Assembly: GCA_017625775.1 (NCBI GenBank)
Contig: JAGAKE010000012.1
Span: 29,120-93,119, forward strand
DNA: 64,000 bases
Direction: 5' to 3'
Origin: Fibrobacteraceae bacterium
GTDB taxonomy: Bacteria > Fibrobacterota > Fibrobacteria > Fibrobacterales > Fibrobacteraceae
Position numbers and translations under genes: made by a program. Each line of letters opens with the position of its first letter. The first letter of the stretch is position 1. This document shows, piece after piece, positions 57,430 to 64,000 of this stretch. The notes below the pieces were generated by a model, which did no database searches, was not told where the DNA came from, and saw only the letters and a list, made by a program, of their open reading frames with translations.

Positions 57430-57612
57430 TTACTTGCTTTCCTCGTCCTTCTTGCTTTCTTGGATATAATTTCGAATATCCTGACTAATTTTTTTGATGT
57501 CCTGCAAACTTTTGCGTGCGCGAGTGCCTGCAGATTTATTTCCTCTTTCGAATTTTTCAAATTCTCTTTTGAAAGATTCGAAGGCCTGTTCCATTTCTGA
57601 TACTAAATTCAT
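57430..57612 (-). CDS. histone H1-like small DNA-binding protein
   Basis: FERGNKSAGTRARKSLQDIKK matches the bacterial histone-H1-like signature (GNKAAGTRARK) as I recall it. The ATG at 57612 is preferred. Confidence 0.7.
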   Translation of the reverse strand: MNLVSEMEQAFESFKREFEKFERGNKSAGTRARKSLQDIKKISQDIRNYIQESKKDEESK

Positions 57613-57713
57613 AAGAACTCCCAAAAAGATGGTTTTTTGGGAAAATAAATAAAAATTGTGGAAATAGCTAAAAATTTCTTAATTTTCGCATGATTTAAAC
57701 TTTTTATTACACT

Positions 57714-58514
57714 TTAATGTGAATTAGTGGTGGAAAAATCCCATAATTTACGTAAAGCGATCATTCCTTTTTCGCCAATATCATAAGAAAAATCTGTCAC
57801 AAAAGTTCGAATATGAGCTTCCATTACAGAATCATCGTCAATTTGAGCCTTTTCTCGAATAAAAGGCGTTATCGAGGTCTTTCTCTCTTGAGCCGCAAGA
57901 ATGCTTTTTCGAATTTCCGCTTCTACCGCCTCTTTACAATCAGTAGAAAAGCTTTTTTTCATTACCGCAATGCCTAACGGAACAGGAATTCCCGTTTGTT
58001 GTTCCCAAAAATCACCTAAATCCTGGATTAAAAATAGACCGTCGCGTTTCCATGTAAAACGATGTTCATGAATCACCACCCCTTGAGAATATTTTTTTTC
58101 TAACAAAAACCGATATACTTCATCAAAAAAAGCGTATTCTAAAAATGGTACTTTTTTTAGATTTTTTTCTGCAAAGAAACGAAATAATAAAGCGGCGGTT
58201 GTGTCTTTTCCCGGCAACAAAACAGGCTGCGATAAATCACAATCATTTTTTGAAGTTCCCAGTAATAATGGACCGCAGGAATAACCTATAGCGCCCCCAC
58301 ACGATAAAATATTGTAATTGTCTATAATAGAAGGAACCACACCACAACTAACCTTAGCTACATCTAATTCCTCACGACGAACCATTTCATTCAATGTTTG
58401 GACATCAGCAAAGCAAACATCCCATGTAAAAGAAGAATTAGGCAAGCCTTTTAACAAAGCTTCATAAATATATGTGTCGTTTGGACAAGGCGATAGACCT
58501 ATTTTTAATCGCAT
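57714..58514 (-). CDS. mqnD: 1,4-dihydroxy-6-naphthoate synthase
   Basis: The N-terminal GLSPCPNDTYIYEAL signature of MqnD. It is adjacent to an MqnB-like gene. Confidence 0.8.
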   Translation of the reverse strand: MRLKIGLSPCPNDTYIYEALLKGLPNSSFTWDVCFADVQTLNEMVRREELDVAKVSCGVVPSIIDNYNILSCGGAIGYSCGPLLLGTSKNDCDLSQPVLLPGKDTTAALLFRFFAEKNLKKVPFLEYAFFDEVYRFLLEKKYSQGVVIHEHRFTWKRDGLFLIQDLGDFWEQQTGIPVPLGIAVMKKSFSTDCKEAVEAEIRKSILAAQERKTSITPFIREKAQIDDDSVMEAHIRTFVTDFSYDIGEKGMIALRKLWDFSTTNSH

Positions 58515-59188
58515 AAAAAACCAGCCTCATTTAATAATCCTTTTAAAGCAGATAATGCTTTTGGTATTTCCCATAAGGATGTTTGGCGTGTTGTGACATA
58601 ATTACTAATAGCTCGAATTTCATAACACGGAATACCAAATGAATTACAAACGGCAAAACAAGCCGCTCCTTCCATTGATTCAACATCCACATTAAATAGC
58701 GCCTGACGTTTTAATGCACTGTTTTCTGTTCCTGAACAACAATTAACCGAAACGCCTGCTACAGAACGCAAATGATTTAACCAATCAGGTGATTTTTCTA
58801 AAGACAACGTTCTATAAATTTTGGGATTTTTTTTTGATATTTCTGACCAAGGAAGAAAGGTGGTGTCGCTATTTTCAGCCCCTAAATCACCTATAATTTC
58901 TGATTCCACACGAACGACATCACCAATCGAAATTCCGCGGTTTAAAAAAGCTCCTGAAATTCCGATTTGAAAAACTATAGAATATTTTTGCTCTGCCAAA
59001 AGCTTAGAAAGCGAGACCGAGAAATCTAACAAACCAACCCCTAAAACAGAAACATACGCTTTTTTGCTTGGCAACAAAATAGCTTGATTTATGGGAAGAG
59101 AAAGAGAAGGAAAAAGCCCTAAAAATTCCTTTTCAGAAGGAATGGCCATCAAAGGCAAACATTCTGTATTATCTAATGGTTGACTCAT
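58505..59188 (-). CDS. mqnB: futalosine hydrolase (PNP/UDP nucleosidase family)
   Basis: A 227-aa nucleosidase-fold sequence (ESMEGAACFAVC) that overlaps mqnD. Confidence 0.7.
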   Translation of the reverse strand: MSQPLDNTECLPLMAIPSEKEFLGLFPSLSLPINQAILLPSKKAYVSVLGVGLLDFSVSLSKLLAEQKYSIVFQIGISGAFLNRGISIGDVVRVESEIIGDLGAENSDTTFLPWSEISKKNPKIYRTLSLEKSPDWLNHLRSVAGVSVNCCSGTENSALKRQALFNVDVESMEGAACFAVCNSFGIPCYEIRAISNYVTTRQTSLWEIPKALSALKGLLNEAGFLCD

Positions 59189-60159
59189 TCCGTTATGTTT
59201 TCAACCATATCAGCTAATTCTTTTTCCATAGCGCTGACTCGTGCTAAAGAAAGTTCCCATGGTTGTTCCACTTCACAGCGAGCTGATCCTACAGCAGTTG
59301 CTTTAACTAAGCACTCTTCAACCGAAAGGCCTAAAGAATCGGCGTAAATCCAACCAGCTAAAAAAGAATCTCCAGCACCAATACAATTCACGACTTCCAC
59401 AGTAGGAGGTTGAAGTTGTAGAATTTGTAATTTTCCTTCTAAAACAAAGAATACTCTAACAGGATTTTCTTCGTCGGTAACGACTATATGCTTAATAGGC
59501 AATCGTTCTAAAACAGCCATTGCTGAGATTTTCCAAAATTGCGGAGATGAAGTTACTAACGGAATAGAAAGGCGCTGTAAAAGTTCACAATATTCTTCCA
59601 TATTCAACTTCAAAACTTCAACTTCTTTTTCTAGAAGGCCATCAATATCTTTTACTGCATCAATAAAAAGGCGTTTTCCAGTAAAATCAAATTGAGTCAA
59701 AGCATTCATATCAAAGCTTTTTGGACTAGAACCACAAAGAGCTATTCTTGGAACGCCATCCCATATTTCTTGGAGACTCTGTTTGAAATCTTCCATTTCT
59801 TGGGCTGTCAACTCTGGAGATGGTTCTATAAGTTCTGTTGTTTCCTTATTTTGAATATCTTTATTTGTCACAATGGTTGTGCAAATTCGAGTAGGAGAGG
59901 CTATCCAAACAGGAACTTGGCGTATTTCTGAATCGGCGACAGCATCAAAAATTTTATCGCCATAATCTGCTCCAAGAAAATGAGCTAAGATTAATTTTCC
60001 GCCTAATAATTGCAATACCCGAGCGCAATTTATTCCTTTACCTGAAGCAAATTCAACGGCTCTTGGCATACGACGAACTTCACCAAGATTTAATTCATCT
60101 AGAAGAAAAAGTCGCTGCCAGGCAGGGTTTAAACCCAAGACTAGAGTTTCTTGATTCAT
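59185..60159 (-). CDS. PfkB-family sugar(-phosphate) kinase (1-phosphofructokinase-like)
   Basis: N-terminal LNPAWQR...ASGKGINCARVL and C-terminal GAGDSFLAG motifs. Confidence 0.8.
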   Translation of the reverse strand: MNQETLVLGLNPAWQRLFLLDELNLGEVRRMPRAVEFASGKGINCARVLQLLGGKLILAHFLGADYGDKIFDAVADSEIRQVPVWIASPTRICTTIVTNKDIQNKETTELIEPSPELTAQEMEDFKQSLQEIWDGVPRIALCGSSPKSFDMNALTQFDFTGKRLFIDAVKDIDGLLEKEVEVLKLNMEEYCELLQRLSIPLVTSSPQFWKISAMAVLERLPIKHIVVTDEENPVRVFFVLEGKLQILQLQPPTVEVVNCIGAGDSFLAGWIYADSLGLSVEECLVKATAVGSARCEVEQPWELSLARVSAMEKELADMVENITE

Positions 60160-61463
60160 TGAAAATTCACCTTGAAATAGTTACGCTTGCCAATTTGAAC
60201 AACAATCATTGCGCTTGCTGGAACCTTAAGGATTGCCATAGCATCATCAACTTTCCATTCAGCCCATTCTTCATCTATTGATTTGAATTTTTCTGAAGCA
60301 CCTGTACATACGACATCTGCAACGCTAACAGAATCTGCGTATTTTAAACGCAATTTAACACCACCATTTTGCACCATACGACGAGCTTCGCCTTTACTCT
60401 TAAATGCACCTATTTCAACAAGCAAATCAAGTACTTGCTTTTCACCACTTACCAGAGTTACTTCTTTTGCATCGCCAGGAATCGCACTACCACTATGAAC
60501 TTCACGCTCTTTTTGAGCGGCCGCTTCCGCTGCTTCTGCTCCGTAATACTGCGTTACAATATCAATTGCAAGGCGATGTTTAGCCTCGTTAGGATTCATT
60601 TTTCCATTTGCTATAGCAAGAGTCATTTGGCGAACTTCTTCTAAAGGGACTTCAGTTAAAAGTTCAAACCAGTTTTCAATTAAGGAATCAGCCAAACTAT
60701 AAATTTTATGATACATTACATCGGCCGGTTCATTTAAGCCTACGTAATTACCAATCGATTTGCTCATTTTTACTTTACCATCGGTTCCAAGCAAAATTGG
60801 CATGAACATTCCGATTTGCGGTTCCATTCCTTCAAAAATTTGAAGATCACGACCACGAAGCACGTTAAACTTTTGATCAGTTCCACCTAATTCAATATCG
60901 CTATTAATTGCTACAGAATCATAACCCTGCATCATTGGGTACATGAATTCATGTAAACTAATTGGTTGATTAGAAGTATAGCGATTGTTAAAATCTTCGC
61001 GTTCAAGCATTTGGGCTACGGTAAATTGGCCCATGAGTTCTGTTACTTTAGAAAATGGAAGTTTTGAAAACCATTCGCCGTTATAATGAATTTCAACTTG
61101 TTCGCGACGAACGACTTTAAAAAATTGCTCTTGATATTCTTTAGCATTTTCAAGCACTTGTTCATGAGAAAGTCGAGGACGAGCTTTGTTACGACCACTA
61201 GGATCGCCTATCTGCGCCGTATAATCACCAACAATTAGAACGACTGTATGCCCTAAATCCTGAAATTGGCGAAGCTTTCGCATAACAACTGTGTGTCCAA
61301 AATGAACGTCAGGCGCTGTTGGATCTACACCTAATTTAACTCGAAGAGGAGTTCCTGTTTCATACGATTTTTGAAGTTTCTTTTCTAGTTCATTCTGAGG
61401 AACGATTTCCGTAACACCACGAAGTAAGATTTCTAACTGTTCTTTTACAGGACGAAATTGCAT
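60156..61463 (-). CDS. tyrS: tyrosine--tRNA ligase (type 2)
   Basis: HIGH-type HFGH, KMSKS and GDPSGR motifs, plus a C-terminal S4-like domain. Confidence 0.95.
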   Translation of the reverse strand: MQFRPVKEQLEILLRGVTEIVPQNELEKKLQKSYETGTPLRVKLGVDPTAPDVHFGHTVVMRKLRQFQDLGHTVVLIVGDYTAQIGDPSGRNKARPRLSHEQVLENAKEYQEQFFKVVRREQVEIHYNGEWFSKLPFSKVTELMGQFTVAQMLEREDFNNRYTSNQPISLHEFMYPMMQGYDSVAINSDIELGGTDQKFNVLRGRDLQIFEGMEPQIGMFMPILLGTDGKVKMSKSIGNYVGLNEPADVMYHKIYSLADSLIENWFELLTEVPLEEVRQMTLAIANGKMNPNEAKHRLAIDIVTQYYGAEAAEAAAQKEREVHSGSAIPGDAKEVTLVSGEKQVLDLLVEIGAFKSKGEARRMVQNGGVKLRLKYADSVSVADVVCTGASEKFKSIDEEWAEWKVDDAMAILKVPASAMIVVQIGKRNYFKVNFQ

Positions 61464-61643
61464 AATAAATTCCTTTTAAATTTTCCGAGAAAATATAGAA
61501 AAACAAAAATACTCTCTGAACTTTATATTCTAGGAATCCTTTAAAATACAAAAGGAAAAGAGTCTCTTAATTTTTTCATTATAAAAAAAGGCGGTTCTTT
61601 GCTTAAATTTTAAAAACAATAAAGACTATTATTTTTCAAATAT

Positions 61644-62522
61644 TTATTTCATAGGGCAAAAAGAGCAATTTGCTTCTTTACTTTCTTGATTTCCAAAACG
61701 ACGTTCTGGATTTGGACAATTTGATTTTGAGCCATCTGGATAAACCCAAAGTTCTCCTTTAAATCGACAGACTTCCTTTGATTTTAATTCGGATGATTTG
61801 AAAAACAAACTTCCTTCTGCTATTACTGATTTTTCCTGGCTAAACTTTAGAATGGTGTTTTGCAATTCCGCTTTATGTTCTGTAGAAATTCCATATTTCA
61901 AAAATAAATCTTTTGAGCAAAGAGAAAGAAAAACCGGCCAATTCCATTTGATACGATTTATCTTATGAATAGATGCAAACTCTATAATTTCTTGTATCGA
62001 GTTTAAATTCAATGCATTAAGCGTGACTTGTAAAGACAGCGTAGATACAGATTTTTTTTCTTTTATAAGTTCATTTCTTATACGCGACAAGGTTTCTACG
62101 TTTGATTTCCATTCCTTAAACGATAAGCCAGGCATTAATTCCTGAATCTGATTTTCAGAAAACCCCATAACACTGATTTTTATATCTGAGCAATTTTCAA
62201 GCAGAAAAGATAATTTACCAAAGGATTTATAATTAGGAAAAGACCCATTTGTTGTTAAATTCATTCTTATTTTTTTTTCTGAACAAAATTCTAATAATTC
62301 ATCAAAGTACGAATAAAGTAATGGTTCTCCCATTGTAGAGGGAATGATTTCTTTTAAGTTTTTTTCATTTTCTAAAATAGCAGAACGAGCTATTTCAAAA
62401 GGCATTTCGCCTAAGCCAAAAGGAACATTTCTTTGACGTAAAAAACATAACGGACAAGACAAATTACACTTATCTGGATTTGTCAACAAAGTAATACGCC
62501 AAATACTTTCTTCGTTTAGCAT
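61644..62522 (-). CDS. radical SAM protein with Cys-rich C-terminus
   Basis: CNLSCPLCF (CxxxCxxC) and C-terminal cysteines CRF...CPNP...CSFCP. It abuts the trxB-like gene. Confidence 0.8.
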   Translation of the reverse strand: MLNEESIWRITLLTNPDKCNLSCPLCFLRQRNVPFGLGEMPFEIARSAILENEKNLKEIIPSTMGEPLLYSYFDELLEFCSEKKIRMNLTTNGSFPNYKSFGKLSFLLENCSDIKISVMGFSENQIQELMPGLSFKEWKSNVETLSRIRNELIKEKKSVSTLSLQVTLNALNLNSIQEIIEFASIHKINRIKWNWPVFLSLCSKDLFLKYGISTEHKAELQNTILKFSQEKSVIAEGSLFFKSSELKSKEVCRFKGELWVYPDGSKSNCPNPERRFGNQESKEANCSFCPMK

Positions 62523-63407
62523 TTACTTTGAATTTTCCCTTAAAAATTGATTCGCTGCTAAAGCCGCTTCGGCACCTTCAGCCACAGCAACGGCTATTTG
62601 TAAAGTTCCTCCAGTGCAATCTCCTGCGGCATATAATCCAGGAACAGAAGTCTGATAACTAGAATCTAATACCAATTTTCCTTGTTCAAAAGCAGCACCG
62701 GCTTTGCGAGCTAAATCTGTGGCGGATGCGTTTCCTAATGCAACAAATAAGCCATCAAATTGAGATTCTGTTTTATCTGCAAATCGAATTCCTTCAAATT
62801 TTTCAACACCAATAATACTTTCTATTTTCTTTTTTTCTATCAAGAAATTTTGAGTATTTTCAAAACTTAATTCTTGATTATTGGTGAGTATAGTAACAGA
62901 GGCTGCTACTTGTTTTAATTCTGAAGCTTCGTGCAAAGCATATTCCCCTGAACCTAAAACAGCAACATTTTTTCCGCGATAAAAGAAGGCATCACAAACA
63001 GCGCAATAACTGACACCATGGCCTTCTAATTTTGACAACCCTGCAAATGGTTGCTTTTTACGAGCAGCACCTGTCGCTAAAACACAAACTCTACCTGAAT
63101 ATTGGTTTTCTTTAGAACTTGCTATGAACAAAGAACCGTCAAAAAATAAATCCGCAATTTCATCTTCGCTAATTTCTGCCCCTAATTGACGAGCTTGCGA
63201 TTTGCCTATTTCTAAAAGTTCTTTGCCTGAAATTGGAGTTGCTAATCCATAATAATTTTCAATCAAATGAGCTTTCGCTAAAGCACCACCATCATAACCA
63301 ACTATTTGAACGGAACGTCCAGAACGTAAGGCATACAAAGCCGCAGAAATTCCTGCTGGGCCATATCCAATAATTAAAAAATCATAAACTTTTTTTTCCA
63401 TGTTCAT
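62523..63407 (-). CDS. trxB: thioredoxin-disulfide reductase-like flavoprotein
   Basis: FAD motif IIGYGPAG, redox CAVCD, NADPH motif VLGSGEYA and GLYAAGDC. Confidence 0.8.
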   Translation of the reverse strand: MNMEKKVYDFLIIGYGPAGISAALYALRSGRSVQIVGYDGGALAKAHLIENYYGLATPISGKELLEIGKSQARQLGAEISEDEIADLFFDGSLFIASSKENQYSGRVCVLATGAARKKQPFAGLSKLEGHGVSYCAVCDAFFYRGKNVAVLGSGEYALHEASELKQVAASVTILTNNQELSFENTQNFLIEKKKIESIIGVEKFEGIRFADKTESQFDGLFVALGNASATDLARKAGAAFEQGKLVLDSSYQTSVPGLYAAGDCTGGTLQIAVAVAEGAEAALAANQFLRENSK

Positions 63408-63457
63408 AAATTAAATATTCTTCTTAAGAAAAAGAATACTTCTTGTTTAGTTATTAC

Positions 63458-63492
63458 AAAAAAAGCCTCGGAAGTTGTTCCAACTTCCGAGG
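63458..63492 (-). terminator. intrinsic terminator after rpsA
   Basis: A 12-bp stem, cctcggaagttg / caacttccgagg (63466-63492), followed by a T7 run on the minus strand. Confidence 0.7.
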
Positions 63493-63531
63493 ACATTTTC
63501 CGCCAAAGCGAATTTAATTTTTCAAGAAAAA

Positions 63532-64000
63532 TTATTCAGCGGCTTCTTCGCTGGCTTTTTTCTTGGATGCCTTTTTCTTAGGAGCTTCCGCATTTTCACC
63601 TGGCTTATGAGCATTCATCCATTCTTGAACTTCAGCTTCATCGCGGTTTTTGAAATAATCGGAAACAGATAAGTAAAGCTTACGATTATCCATATCGATT
63701 TCTGTAACTACAGCAGGAACTTCGTCGTTTACCTTAAAGGCATCGGCAGGAACCTTGATGTATTCTGCAGAAAGCTTAGATACTGGAATGAATCCTTCCA
63801 AACCATCGTCTAATTCAACCACTACACCGCGGTCCAAAAGACGAACGATTTTACCCTTCACTTCAGAATCAACTGGATGAGTAGATTCAACAACATCCCA
63901 TGGATCTTCAGTCAAGTGCTTCATGGAAAGAGAAATGCGACGTTTTTCACGATCTACAGCCAAGACAACACATTCAACCTTATCGCCCTTCTTAACGAGT
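63532..64000 (-). CDS. rpsA: 30S ribosomal protein S1, C-terminal part (runs off the window)
   Basis: S1-domain repeats (GKIVRLLDRGVVVELDDGLEGFIPVSKL) and a lysine-rich tail. The frame is still open at 64000. Confidence 0.85.
   Translation of the reverse strand, partial: LVKKGDKVECVVLAVDREKRRISLSMKHLTEDPWDVVESTHPVDSEVKGKIVRLLDRGVVVELDDGLEGFIPVSKLSAEYIKVPADAFKVNDEVPAVVTEIDMDNRKLYLSVSDYFKNRDEAEVQEWMNAHKPGENAEAPKKKASKKKASEEAAE

Noticed and set aside
61464-61643. Possible T-box leader upstream of tyrS
   Set aside because: There is no T-box consensus, specifier-loop architecture or terminator/antiterminator pair. The region is simply AT-rich.
1-64000. CRISPR arrays, rRNA genes, IS elements and integrases
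   Set aside because: I found no regularly spaced repeats, no rRNA-like conserved stretches, and no transposase or recombinase motifs in any ORF of the track.

Overview
The window is a low-to-mid G+C bacterial chromosome segment. Gene content suggests the FCB group, possibly Fibrobacterota, but that is inference only. It has four parts.

(1) 1-19.3 kb is a compositionally mosaic defence island. It holds a Cys-rich orphan ORF, a DUF4143 AAA ATPase, and an orphan classical AAA+ ATPase fused to an HTH. Next come an AbiL-like ATPase + RloB pair with a tightly linked third gene, then an AT-rich four-gene operon of unknown affiliation. The island ends with a Type I R-M operon, hsdR-fic-hsdM-[repeat-rich insert]-hsdS.

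(2) 19.5-24.5 kb is core: miaA, pdxJ, a CoA-transferase and an MBL hydrolase.

(3) 24.6-28.8 kb is a second AT-rich islet. It carries a disrupted GmrSD-like (DUF262/DUF1524) gene and an intact HaeIII-like m5C R-M pair.

(4) 28.8-64 kb is core. It includes uvrC, zapB-like/zapA and a candidate 6S RNA. Futalosine-pathway genes sit at two loci (mqnC/E family; mqnD-mqnB). Also present are batD/batE-like genes, a ZIP transporter, comF and mreBCD-mrdA-rodA. A large envelope cluster follows (OM barrel, TonB-like, ExbD x2, ExbB, two TPR giants, OmpA/beta-helix protein). The segment ends with a histone-H1-like gene, a PfkB kinase, tyrS, a radical-SAM gene, a trxB-like gene and partial rpsA.

I found no rRNA, tRNA, CRISPR array, integrase or transposase.

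The best candidate for an undescribed system is the four-gene operon at 7446-11237. It encodes a PD-(D/E)xK-like protein, a degenerate single-HKD PLD-like protein and two unknowns, and sits between two known defence modules.

All functional calls rest on motifs read by eye and recalled family knowledge. No searches were run.
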